Assembly: GCA_046582655.1 (NCBI GenBank)
Contig: JAYGDX010000068.1
Coordinates: 32,001-96,000 of the forward strand
Direction of reading: 5' to 3'
DNA length: 64,000 bases
Origin: Candidatus Poribacteria bacterium
GTDB taxonomy: Bacteria; Poribacteria; WGA-4E; UBA9662
A model generated the notes under the pieces. It worked only from the letters and a program-made list of their open reading frames with translations. It ran no database searches and was not told the DNA's origin. Each line of letters opens with the position of its first letter. Within the stretch, counting starts at the first letter, position 1. Both the position numbers and the translations under genes were made by a program. Of this stretch, positions 42,389 to 52,855 are shown piece after piece.

Positions 42389-42500
42389 GGGTATGGACCA
42401 AGTCCCTATTGTCAGTCACTAGAATCCTCTCATCGAATAAAAAGTAACTATCCAGACAATCGAACCAAAATATGTTCGGTGGTCTTAGATCAAGAACTTT

Positions 42501-43364
42501 TTATCGAACATCCATCGCACATCGAAATCCAACAACGTTTAGACTGCTATTCGGATAATCGCTGACTCGCTCGGCGGTACGAAGGGAATGAGACGATCGG
42601 TACCAGGCACCACCTCGTAAAACGCGTCTCTCACCCATTTCAGGTCCTCTCGGGTTTTTATCATCACTTTCCGCGTAGTAGGATGCTCTATACCAATCTG
42701 CGCACCATTCCCAAACATTACCTGCCATATCAAACAAACCATAACTATTAGGAACAAATGACTTAACGGGAGAAGTGAAGACAAAACCATCGTTGACACT
42801 CGGACTTCGCCATTCAAAAGCAGTGTTGATATCGGAAAAATTGGCAGACCGATTGTCAGGCTCATTATCACCCCACGGATACTTTGTGCCTACTAAATTA
42901 CCCAGAGCGGCTTTTTCCCATTCGGCTTCGGTTGGAAGACGTTTACCGTTCCAGTGGCAATAAGCAACAGCATCAAACCATGTCACATTTGTTACTGGCT
43001 GTTCTGGTTGATTAAACTCAGAATCCGACCAAGGCTGATAATTGTAATCAAGGACTCCGTACTTGGCTGTATATCCAGTTCCATTAGGCGGGGAATGCCC
43101 AGTGGATTCGACAAATTGGCGATACTGAGTGTTGGTCACCTCGTGAACATCAATGTAAAAAGCATCCAAATGGACAGTATGAATTGGTCGCTCATCCACA
43201 TCTCCTGCCATGTTACCCATCTGAAATTTACCAGCTGGTATTAGAACCATTCCTTGGGGGTGAGGTTGATTCTCAGTTTCCCCAGAACAGCCAAAAGATA
43301 AAACGAAACATACTAAAATTGGGATCTTTGGAATGGTTCGCTGAAATACGATTGTGATATCCAT
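42501..43364 (-). CDS. FGE-sulfatase (SUMF1-like) domain lipoprotein
   Basis: MVLIPAGKFQMG, RLPTEAEWEKA, DMAGNVWEW, RVLRGG, GFRC; lipobox-like SFGC. Confidence 0.9.
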   Translation of the reverse strand: MDITIVFQRTIPKIPILVCFVLSFGCSGETENQPHPQGMVLIPAGKFQMGNMAGDVDERPIHTVHLDAFYIDVHEVTNTQYRQFVESTGHSPPNGTGYTAKYGVLDYNYQPWSDSEFNQPEQPVTNVTWFDAVAYCHWNGKRLPTEAEWEKAALGNLVGTKYPWGDNEPDNRSANFSDINTAFEWRSPSVNDGFVFTSPVKSFVPNSYGLFDMAGNVWEWCADWYRASYYAESDDKNPRGPEMGERRVLRGGAWYRSSHSLRTAERVSDYPNSSLNVVGFRCAMDVR

Positions 43365-43436
43365 AAACCAAATAGTGACATTATCAGTCGTCCTTCAGAT
43401 GCCATAACCTCACAATTTAAGAGATGTTATAGCGCC

Positions 43437-44222
43437 TCATCGATTGCCGAACTTAACTCGCCCCCACACCGTCGCCAACTTCCCTTCAGGCTGAACCGCC
43501 ATCAGAACTGCAAGTTCTTCGCTTGCTTCCTTCACTTGCTTCTCGTTCAAAGCCACTGAAAAAATGGCTACTTCATCAATGAGTCCATTATACCAATGCC
43601 CGCTACCTTCTCGATGCCCCAGCCGTAAATCCACGTTGCCACCAACTAACTTAAGTCCTTGCGCATCTTCTTTTTTAAGTTCACCATCAACATAAATCTT
43701 GGCAGTTTTCCCATCATAAGTACAAACGCAATGGGTCCATTTCTCCGGTTCGGTGGTGTTATTACCAGAGTTTCGGACCTTATGCTCCCCTTCACCACCG
43801 AGTGAAGTTGTGAAGTAGAAATAGCGACTGCCTCGGTTGACAAAGAGCCCATAATTTTCCCACGGCCCACCTTGTTTCCCGTTTGCCAGAACGGCAAGCC
43901 AGCCATCACCAGGGGCATCGTTCCAATTCACCCAAACAGAAATTGTGACTTCATCGGGGATAGACAGGGTTTTTGAACTCTTAATCAGAACGTGGTTGTC
44001 GACCCCTTTAAATTTCATAGCATCTCCATATTTCCCTTTAGCCACCTTGGCCTTCTCGATCTTACCATGATTCTTGTTACCAGACTCATCAATGACTTTA
44101 TCACCATCTAACTGCGAAAATGACATATACAAAGCCAACTCATCAAATGGCAATTCCGCTTTTAACACAACCGGAAATACAAAACAGACTAACAGCAAAA
44201 AAACGACTATCAACCGATACAT
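43437..44222 (-). CDS. Secreted LamG/concanavalin-like domain protein
   Basis: Signal peptide; WTHCVCTYDG..KIYVDG; GLIDEVAIF; C-terminal KLATVWGRVK. Confidence 0.9.
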   Translation of the reverse strand: MYRLIVVFLLLVCFVFPVVLKAELPFDELALYMSFSQLDGDKVIDESGNKNHGKIEKAKVAKGKYGDAMKFKGVDNHVLIKSSKTLSIPDEVTISVWVNWNDAPGDGWLAVLANGKQGGPWENYGLFVNRGSRYFYFTTSLGGEGEHKVRNSGNNTTEPEKWTHCVCTYDGKTAKIYVDGELKKEDAQGLKLVGGNVDLRLGHREGSGHWYNGLIDEVAIFSVALNEKQVKEASEELAVLMAVQPEGKLATVWGRVKFGNR

Positions 44223-44310
44223 CTTGTTCCTCCCAGAAATGATTAAATATCAAAAATGTGGCAGAGCATGATAGCATAAATTCGTTTCGTAAGGACAGTA
44301 CCTCCTGCTG

Positions 44311-45079
44311 TTACAGAGCCTTTAGGCTTCCCCATGCAGTTGCCAGTTTACCCTGCGACTGCACAGAAGTCGTCCCTGCCATCTTCTTGGCTGCTTCTTT
44401 GGCTTGGGCTGCTGTTAAGGCGACCGAAAAAATGGTCACTTCATCAATAAGCCCATTATACCAGTGCCCGCTTCCGAGACGATGACCAATCCGCAAATCC
44501 TGCTTGCCACCAACCAGCTTCAGTCCTTGCGCGTCTTCCTTTTAAGCTCACCGTCAACATAAATCTTAGCAGTTTTTCCATCATAAGTGCAAACGCAATG
44601 GGTCCATTTTCCCGACTGGGTGGTGTTATTACCGGAGTTTCGGACCTTATGCTCCCCTTCACCACCGAGTGAAGTCGTAAAGTAGAAATACTTACCGCCT
44701 CGGTTAACGAAAAGTCCATAATTTTCCCATGGCCCGCCTTGTTTCCCGTTTGTCAGAACAGCAACCGGCATCCTTCCAATTCACCCAAACAGAAATTGTG
44801 ACTTCACCTGATATGGACAGGGAGTCTGAATTTTTGATCAGAACATGGCTGTCCTTGCCATTGAATTCCATCGCATCCCCATACTTACCTTTCCCTTTGG
44901 CAGCACTGGCTTTAACTATTTTGCCGTTATTTCCATTTTTGGACTCATCTTTCACGGTGTCGCCTGAGACGTTATCAAAAGACACATAATAAAGCTAGTT
45001 TGTCTAAGGGTAATTCGGTTCTACCTAATATTGGCAGTGCCAAACTACAAACGATGATAAGGATTAAAAACTTTTTCAT
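44311..45079 (-). pseudogene. Tandem paralog of the LamG gene with three frameshifts
   Basis: Near-identical core (GGPWENYGLFVNRG, TSLGGEGEHKVRNSGNNT); frameshifts near 44990, 44765 and 44540; ends KLATAWGSLKAL. Confidence 0.88.
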
Positions 45080-45373
45080 TTTGATTCTCCTTCATTTAGT
45101 TATCAATTTACGACTGAGTTTAAAGGTGATCATCGCGAAACAACGGTATAAACTAGCTGTCAACGAGGGTTATATGATATGCTAAAAAATACATTTTTAC
45201 TTAATCGTACCCTTGTATTTTGAGTTAAAAACTTAAATCAAAAGGAGTATTGATTAAATGACGAATAGGGTATTGAGAATGAAATTAGAAATTATTTGTC
45301 TTATTCTTGTTAATTACTATCTGTTTTGCTATTTTTTTACTTAGATGAGAACGAATCGTGTAGGAGGTGTTCG

Positions 45374-46174
45374 ATGGGTAAATTAGATGGACGAGTTGCG
45401 CTTGTCACAGGTGCTGCGCGTGGTCTTGGACGTGCTTATGCTCTACATCTGGCTCGACTTGGCGCCGATGTTGTCATTAACGATATTGATTTAAACGCAG
45501 CTGAGGAATATAGTGAGGAACTAACTGCCAAAACCGTGATGGAAGAGATTGAGAATTTAGGGCGACGTTCACTTGGTATTCAGGTGGATGTTACCCAACG
45601 TCATGCAGTTTTTGAAATGACCAGTGAGATCATGGATAAATTCGGGCGAATTGATATTTTGGTGAATAACGCCGGTGGTGCCTTAGGAAAACCCCAGTCC
45701 ACAATGGCATCGGATTCGGAGGAGGTGTATTACCAGTACATCATGGATATCAATCTCAACAGTACGATTTTTTGCTGTCAGGCAGTTAGCCAACCAATGA
45801 AAGAGGCCGGCTACGGTCGCATTGTGAATATAAGCTCTCAAGCGGGATTGTGGGGTGGTGGTACTGGAGGCGGTATGCCCTACAAAGTGGCAAAGGCTGG
45901 GATTGTACAATACACGCGTATCTTGGCTGCAGAATTGGGGCCATATAGAATCAATGTCAACTGTATGGCCCCAGGTTGGATTCTCTCCTCACGCGCCATT
46001 GCGGGCGGTAGAAATAGCGCAGAGAGTCGGCAGAGCCTGGAACCGCAGATTCCGTTGCGACGGTTGGGAACGCCTGAAGATTGCGCAAAAGTGGTTGAGT
46101 TTTTGGTAACAGACCTTTCTGCTTATGTGACTGGGCAATGTATACCGGTTTGTGGAGGATTTGTTGGATTCTAA
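45374..46174 (+). CDS. SDR-family oxidoreductase
   Basis: TGAARGLG, NNAG, YKVAK; ATG after AGGAGG. Confidence 0.93.
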   Translation: MGKLDGRVALVTGAARGLGRAYALHLARLGADVVINDIDLNAAEEYSEELTAKTVMEEIENLGRRSLGIQVDVTQRHAVFEMTSEIMDKFGRIDILVNNAGGALGKPQSTMASDSEEVYYQYIMDINLNSTIFCCQAVSQPMKEAGYGRIVNISSQAGLWGGGTGGGMPYKVAKAGIVQYTRILAAELGPYRINVNCMAPGWILSSRAIAGGRNSAESRQSLEPQIPLRRLGTPEDCAKVVEFLVTDLSAYVTGQCIPVCGGFVGF

Positions 46175-46474
46175 TTATACATTGATGGTGAACAACCCCA
46201 TTGCATTGCGTAATACGCAATATGTCCTGTAAAATCTAGTTTTTCATGGGCCCGCACTAGATATTGAAATTCTTGGGCGGTGCGTCCAAGAATTTCGGGA
46301 CTGCTGCCGTCGTCGCGTGGGTCACGCCGCTTGCCAAGTGGGACTTGAACAGGTCACTAGGTATGGGCTATGACCTACACTCCTTGTTTCTCCGCAGCCC
46401 ACACACCATGTGGCTGAGATTTACGCTGCAGAATGCAGTTTTTTGATGGAGGCTTCCAGAGGTACAATGTCCTA

Positions 46475-47995
46475 TCAAGAGTCTTGAGCTAGCATGGCAG
46501 CTGTTCTTTCCTCGATCTCGAGTGGGGAATCTCGTCGGCCAAGTGCGAGCGCACCAAAGATCAACAGCTCCGTACAACGCAGAAATATCCAGTTGTTGGT
46601 GTGTTGTCCTCTCATGGGTAATGTCGCCCACGGGAAGCCGAAAAAGACGAAGTTGAGTGAATAGTAAACGAGGGCGCTAAGAATTAACCCTTGGCGCGCG
46701 AAGGTCCGTCCGCCTTTCTCGAAGCAAAACGCGGCGAGGGTCATTATTCCCAAAGGGAGGATGATCAAAAGGAACCGGTCCGTGTAGAAGTGTACATTGT
46801 CAGTCGTTTTAAGCGTGATCCCGGCAATCGGGAGGGTCAGGAGGGGAAGCGATAACATGTAAGACCATAGGAACCAGCCCCATGGCGAGTGGAAAGTCCG
46901 CGATGGGATCAATTCCCTCGTACCTCTTGACGCCCCAGAGGTAGAGCAGGAAGGTGTGTACTACGATAAGAGTCCATTCAGCTGTCAGAGGGATCTCCGC
47001 CTCGTCGCCCGTATCTCCTCGGGCGACCAGCTTACGGTTAAGCCAGAGTCCGAGCCCGAGCACAAAGCCCAAGACGAGACCGAAGGTCGTCTCCATCATG
47101 TTCCACCAGTTCCAACCCATAAGGCTGAAGAATTTCTCGGGAAAGATGCCGGGCAGTGACTTGTGTAGTGACAGATCGAATTCGGTGAGCCAGCCCGGAG
47201 TCCAGGAATGCTTGGCCCGAAGGCTTTGTCCGAGGGTGAAACCGAGACCACCCGCCAGCACACCGAAAAAGGCCATGTTGCGAGCCAACTTGTCTTTCTT
47301 GATAAACCCTATGTAAGCGACTAGACACGTAAAAGCAACAAGGAGACCACCCTAGCACTCACGACGCGGTTTCATCTCGAGGTTATCCGGCTCCCATTTC
47401 CAGTGGTCCGAGAAGTAGATCCATGGGAGGACCCGATCCGGCGAACCGACCTCCGGAACGTAAGGGCGGTTGAGTAGTTGGATCCCGACGAATGCGAACA
47501 CTATTAACGCAGCGTAAAGTCCAAGCATTTCTCTCCACCGGTATTTCTTACCTCCCAGGCCAATACCGAGAAACGCCCCGCCAAAACCGACCCAAAGCCC
47601 ACCCTTGATGAAAAGCCCGATCATGCCCAGCGGTACGCATCGTAGTTTCCTACCAAGGGAGTGTCGTGAGTTAGCCCAACGGTCTGTCCGTAGGTCATCG
47701 TGCCACCGAACGAGAAGGCAATGGCAGTCAAAGCTACAGCTCTTGCGGCGTGGAGTGAAGTCGATCGCCTGCAGAAAAGAAAGACGAGAGTGAAGGCCAC
47801 CAGGACGCCTGGCACCATCACCCCCCACTCGTGTCCATACTGTCCTCGTATGCCCCAGCCCATGCCACCGGCAGCCGCTCCCATCAGTGGCGCAGCGAAA
47901 AACAACACGAGGGACGAGGCCGTATTTTCTTCGATGCCAGTGTCGTGAGGCTTTGGGTTCAGGCCTCTCGTCATCGTGTTCCTTCTAAAGATCAT
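46475..47995 (-). pseudogene. Polytopic membrane protein of unknown function, fragmented, higher GC
   Basis: Collinear pieces (GGMGWGIRGQYGHE; FSFGGTMTYGQT; REC*GGL; WNWWNMMETTFG) across frameshifts and a TGG-to-TAG stop at 47352. Confidence 0.75.
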
Positions 47996-48498
47996 TGTGT
48001 TTGGAGCCTGCTAAAAGGTTATCAATATCATTTCGGTCTATTTCCGTCATTCTCAATCCCTTTGCTGTGGTTGTGTTTTGGCAACCTGCCCACAAATTAT
48101 GGAAAGGTTAATCGGTTCGCATTATCGGGTTTCCTTTCAGATGCTTACTGATTCTAGCAAAAACATCAACTGCCGTAAAGTAACAACCCTCAACTTCCTA
48201 TTCTTTTGAGGGTTTCTACTTTGTCCCGAATAACTGAAACTGAAGGTTCAACCAATGACGTGGACGTGGTTGTCCTCGGTCGGTCGACTTCTAGGAGATT
48301 AAGGAGGAATTTGGGCACATCCGATAAAACTTATGGATGGGTTCCAGTACGTACATTTTGGAAACATACCATATTTTGAAAAATGTGATACCGTAGATTG
48401 GCCAACCTGCCGCTGATCTTGGTATCTTAAATTTGATATAAAGGGAATTCAAAACGTGGATTCGCCTGATTACACAATTATAGTCTTGCATGATTAAC

Positions 48499-50553
48499 TT
48501 AGATCAGCCCGTGATAACGTCCCATCCAATAAGGTAGGAGGAAAATCGTTGGGTCTTCTTCTGCTCTACCTCCACCAGCGTAATCCAGAGAGTAAGGATT
48601 GCCATTCCATTTCATCATGCGTCGTTCATCGGCAGGGAGTGGAATAACTGATTGGATCTCTTTGACACCTGGTTCTTCGGTTGCAATTTCAATGTCGGCT
48701 CGGTGGCTATTAATGACTGTCCAGCATATCAGATCCATTGGGATGCGTTGCAAGCTATCAATTGATTGTTGGTGATGGTAATGGTTGCCCGTTAATGCCC
48801 CGTAAGCCAAATTCCAAAGTGGATTGCGTTCCGCACTTATAATCTGCCAACTCTGCTGAAAACCAAGCAGGTAAATCGACCGCAAATCTGGATCTTTTTC
48901 ATACTTTAGGAGTGGGTAATAGACAACCAACGCCAGTTCATCATCAGAGTGGTTAGTTGGATCCGGTGCAGTTAACTTTTGATCAATTGAGTTGAGTGCG
49001 TAGTGGTGTTGGTGAATTAAGTGGAGGTAGGCTTGATGAAACTTTTGGTCGTCTGTAATATGATGTGCGGTTTTGAGCATCGATAAAATTTCTAGCGAAT
49101 TAAGATTACGTTGCAGTTTCCATTCACCATTAAGCATTCTTGGAGACCATACTCCCCAAGTAGTATGTTGTCCGTCCAAATCAATTAACAGAAAATCATT
49201 GTCAACAATATACGTCATAATTCGGTGGACAACTTCGGCGATATTTTTCTTCTCTGTCTCGTCAGCCACCAAATCATAGTAGATTGAGTAAGCGAATAGA
49301 TGACCATCAAGTTCGTCTGAACTGGTATCTCCTTTCCATTCATACAATCCATCTTCTGTGTCGTGCCATTCGCCATGTGATTTATCGACTGGTTCTCCTT
49401 TTTGAATTATCGCGCGTGCTGGAAACCCGTCAATGGGAGTAATCGATTCAAGTTGGATTATGGCCTCCATCGACCTGCGGGCGAGTTCTTTAGCCGAGGG
49501 CTGGCCTGTAGCTGCATAACGAAAACTCTGGGCTGCAACATAGAGCGATGTCCAAAGCCCATCATTATCTGAAGCTTGATACATATAGCTACTTAGATCC
49601 CCCGGTATCTTGAGATTACAAGAAGTAATATAACCTCGTCGATCATGGCGGGCGAGGACTATCTTCTCTAAAGCTTCAGCTTTTCGTTCTAGCGTATACT
49701 TTCTTTTTTCAATTTGGCTAATCCCTTCGGAGGTTGCTATAAAAGCCGTACTATCATCTTGAATAGAGATCGCGTTGACATAGTCATCAGGCAGCCATCG
49801 TTTCGAATGAAAGTATTCCCACTTCCCATTATCCCACAATATGGCACCCAGAGTGGTGCCGATCCAGCGTTGACCGTACGGACCAAGCCTAATTTTGATG
49901 ACATCTTCGTATGGCAAGCCGCTTTTGCTTCCGTTAATGAGATACCATTCTGTTTGACGATCAAAAACAATGACTCCCGCATCCGATCCAATCCAGAGAT
50001 GACCATGTCGGTCGATTTCGATACACTGAAGATTGTTACTAGGTAAACCGGAATTCTGCTGGCTAAATAATACTGCTTCTCCATCGCAGCAGCATATTAG
50101 ACCATTATCGGTTGCCAGCCAAATTCGCCTATCATTATCAATGGCCATGCCTTGGATGTTATATTCGGTAAGTTCCTTATCAAAATGATGCCAGGTACCA
50201 TCTAGCATGCGGTAATAGATTTTATTTGATCCGGATATCCACACTTGTCTTCGATTATCTTCTGCTATTGTCCGAATACTCTCTGGTATCTCAAGGGCGA
50301 TTTGGTAGTTTTTGTCAAATAGACGGTGACCGGCAACAGTCCATAGATCCTGATTGCTATCTACATACAAAATCGAGATGTCAGCTATCTCGGCAACTAG
50401 CGTCCACTTTACACCGTCGAATTGAGACAGTCCCTTTGAAGTACCAGCCCAGATACTATTTAGGCTATCAACAACGATTGATCGGACATCATTACTCGGA
50501 AGCCCGTTTGTGATTGTATGATTTTTTTGGAATTTTTGCAGGTATTCAATCAT
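48499..50553 (-). CDS. Reg_prop-type beta-propeller fused to a putative helical-barrel hydrolase domain
   Basis: GLPSNDVRSI/IWAGTSKGL repeats; C-terminal SDNDGLWT, WKGDTSSDE, NHSDDEL, FLLPYWMGRYHG. Confidence 0.7.
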   Translation of the reverse strand: MIEYLQKFQKNHTITNGLPSNDVRSIVVDSLNSIWAGTSKGLSQFDGVKWTLVAEIADISILYVDSNQDLWTVAGHRLFDKNYQIALEIPESIRTIAEDNRRQVWISGSNKIYYRMLDGTWHHFDKELTEYNIQGMAIDNDRRIWLATDNGLICCCDGEAVLFSQQNSGLPSNNLQCIEIDRHGHLWIGSDAGVIVFDRQTEWYLINGSKSGLPYEDVIKIRLGPYGQRWIGTTLGAILWDNGKWEYFHSKRWLPDDYVNAISIQDDSTAFIATSEGISQIEKRKYTLERKAEALEKIVLARHDRRGYITSCNLKIPGDLSSYMYQASDNDGLWTSLYVAAQSFRYAATGQPSAKELARRSMEAIIQLESITPIDGFPARAIIQKGEPVDKSHGEWHDTEDGLYEWKGDTSSDELDGHLFAYSIYYDLVADETEKKNIAEVVHRIMTYIVDNDFLLIDLDGQHTTWGVWSPRMLNGEWKLQRNLNSLEILSMLKTAHHITDDQKFHQAYLHLIHQHHYALNSIDQKLTAPDPTNHSDDELALVVYYPLLKYEKDPDLRSIYLLGFQQSWQIISAERNPLWNLAYGALTGNHYHHQQSIDSLQRIPMDLICWTVINSHRADIEIATEEPGVKEIQSVIPLPADERRMMKWNGNPYSLDYAGGGRAEEDPTIFLLPYWMGRYHGLI

Positions 50554-50784
50554 TGGGTTTTCTTTTCTAAATTCTTGGTAGGCTTTCCAAATTAAGTCTA
50601 ATCATCATACATAATCCAATCAAAGGAATCAAGTTGACACAATAACCTGATGATATTTATCTGTTGTCTTTAATCTTAGCAGAAAGATTGTGAAATTTCG
50701 AATCTGTGGGAGTTTTTATGCTGTAACCAAGCCCATGTTTAAAGTATAATAACCTTAAGTTGTATACTATAATTCAGATCTAGG

Positions 50785-51576
50785 ATGATAATTATGTTTA
50801 GAAACCATTTATTGTTAATAGCAATTGTAACCATTGCATTTTTGACAGTCTCAATTTCTCAGGTTGCAAATGGACAAGAGTTCGTCACCGATGGATTAGT
50901 CCTTTATTACTCTTTCGATAAGGATACTGTGACAAAGAACAAGGTAACAGATTTGTCTGGAGAAGGTAATGACGGCAAGATTGAAGGAAAGTTAAAGTCC
51001 ATCGACGGACCACCGAAAGGGGATTTTGGTCAAGCCTTTGAATATGTGGGTGATGCCGATTGCTACGTTGAAATTCCAGCACTTGGAGATTGGGAACAGG
51101 TTTCTATCGAATGTTGGGCGATGGAAAACTCGTTTGGCGGCATTCAAGGAATTGTCTCCACTTGGATGTGGGAGCCGGGTAAAGTCCACTTCAAATTTGA
51201 AGGTAACCAGATACAGGTTCATAAAAATGACGGCGTTAAGATCAGCATGAATGCTGAAGCAGAAAAATGGTATCATATCATTTACACTTCGGATCCCAAA
51301 GATGGTGGTGCAAAAAGTCTAAAGCTCTACGTAGATGGCGAATTGATTCAAGAAGGCGCTGCGGGAAAAGCCCCTGAAAACATGAAGGAACGCAGAGTGG
51401 GCAGCGAACACAACGGAAGGTTTCTAATTGGGGCGATTGACGAAGTTCGGATCTACGACCGAATTTTGGAAGAGAAGGAAGTCAAACAGAATTCCGAAAT
51501 CAAGTCCAACAACATGCCGGTGGACCCGTTGGATAAACTGACGACCTCTTGGGGATATCTCAAATCTCGTATGTAG
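50785..51576 (+). CDS. Secreted LamG domain protein
   Basis: Signal peptide; GLVLYYSFD, LYVDG, GAIDEVRIYDR; C-terminal KLTTSWGYLK. Confidence 0.9.
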   Translation: MIIMFRNHLLLIAIVTIAFLTVSISQVANGQEFVTDGLVLYYSFDKDTVTKNKVTDLSGEGNDGKIEGKLKSIDGPPKGDFGQAFEYVGDADCYVEIPALGDWEQVSIECWAMENSFGGIQGIVSTWMWEPGKVHFKFEGNQIQVHKNDGVKISMNAEAEKWYHIIYTSDPKDGGAKSLKLYVDGELIQEGAAGKAPENMKERRVGSEHNGRFLIGAIDEVRIYDRILEEKEVKQNSEIKSNNMPVDPLDKLTTSWGYLKSRM

Positions 51577-52855
51577 CCTGTTGATCCAATCCTGCTAGTA
51601 CGTCAAAGAAAGTGGGAAAAGTCTTATTAACACAACCTGGATTCTTAATTTTGATTCCGGGTTTTTTAATGCCGATTAATGAGAAACTCATCGCCATTCG
51701 GTGATCATTATAAGTGTCAATTTCGGCTGGTTGGATCTCTGATACTGGCTCAATTTCAATCGCGTCATCGTATTCGGTGACGCTGACACCGAGTTTTCGC
51801 AACTCGGTTACCACTGCGTGGATGCGGTCGGTTTCCTGCCAGCGGATATGTTCAATGTTTCGGATGGTTGTTTTTCCCTCAGCAAACGGGGCGATTGCTG
51901 CCAACGTAAGTGATGTATCCGAGATTTCGCTCATGTCTACATCAACACCTGTCAGTCTTTCTGTTCCAACAACTTCAATTGCCCTGTTTTTTGAAATGAC
52001 TTGGCACCCCATCTGTTGGAGAATATTAACAAAGTGTATGTCCCCCTGCACGGAATTAAGGCTTAAATTCTCCAGGCGAACCCTTCCACCAGTGACTGCC
52101 GCCAAGGCAAAAAAATAGGATGCATTCGATGCGTCCGGTTCGATCTGATAGTTCCGTGGTTTATAGGTCTGACTGCCATAGACCTTAAATGAATGATAGT
52201 CTTCGTTGATAACGTCTGCTCCAAACGCGCGCATGACCGAAATGGTAATGTCGATATACGGTTTTGAAATCAGATTGCCTTCAAGCTCGATTTCTATGCC
52301 AAGTTGGGTAACTGGAGCAATCATCAACAACGAAGTTAGAAACTGGCTACTTTTGTTGGCGCTGAGACGGGTTTTTCCCCCTCTGAGTTTTTTGGCATCA
52401 ACAATTAGGGGGAAGCGGTCATTATTCAACTCTGATCGAACTTCAACCCCAAGTTGTCTAAGAGCATCCAGTAAATCTCCGATTGGACGGCTCTCACGCA
52501 TTGGTGGGTCTCCGTCAATACGAAATCTACCATTTCCCAAAGCAACGTAACTGACAAGCGGACGTGCGGCAGTTCCAGCGTTGCCGATGTATAGATCCGC
52601 CTGACTGACCGGAATATTACCACCGTTGCCTACCACCTCAAAAGTACAGTTTTCTGGATCTGCTAAAATTGATACGCCTAACTTTCGAAGCGAATCGACC
52701 ATGCAATCCGTATCGTCGCTAAACAATGCACCAGACAAGTGTGATTTGCCATTTGCCAGCGACGCAATCAACAAAGTACGGTTCGTATAACTCTTTGAAC
52801 CAGGGACCTTTATAGTCACATCAATAGGGTTCTTAATTGGTTTAATCTCGACCAT
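51560..52855 (-). CDS. aroA: 3-phosphoshikimate 1-carboxyvinyltransferase (EPSP synthase)
   Basis: PGSKSYTNR, GNAGTAAR, SSQF, ETDR, DHRMAM, KTFP. Confidence 0.97.
   Translation of the reverse strand: MVEIKPIKNPIDVTIKVPGSKSYTNRTLLIASLANGKSHLSGALFSDDTDCMVDSLRKLGVSILADPENCTFEVVGNGGNIPVSQADLYIGNAGTAARPLVSYVALGNGRFRIDGDPPMRESRPIGDLLDALRQLGVEVRSELNNDRFPLIVDAKKLRGGKTRLSANKSSQFLTSLLMIAPVTQLGIEIELEGNLISKPYIDITISVMRAFGADVINEDYHSFKVYGSQTYKPRNYQIEPDASNASYFFALAAVTGGRVRLENLSLNSVQGDIHFVNILQQMGCQVISKNRAIEVVGTERLTGVDVDMSEISDTSLTLAAIAPFAEGKTTIRNIEHIRWQETDRIHAVVTELRKLGVSVTEYDDAIEIEPVSEIQPAEIDTYNDHRMAMSFSLIGIKKPGIKIKNPGCVNKTFPTFFDVLAGLDQQATYEI

Noticed and set aside
43437..45079. Diversity-generating retroelement (template/variable repeat pair) involving the LamG duplicates or the FGE-domain gene
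   Set aside because: No reverse transcriptase; differences between the copies are not adenine-specific and span whole genes.
48140..48495. Small ORF 48291-48491 or gene relic
   Set aside because: No recognisable motif in any frame; it cannot be supported.
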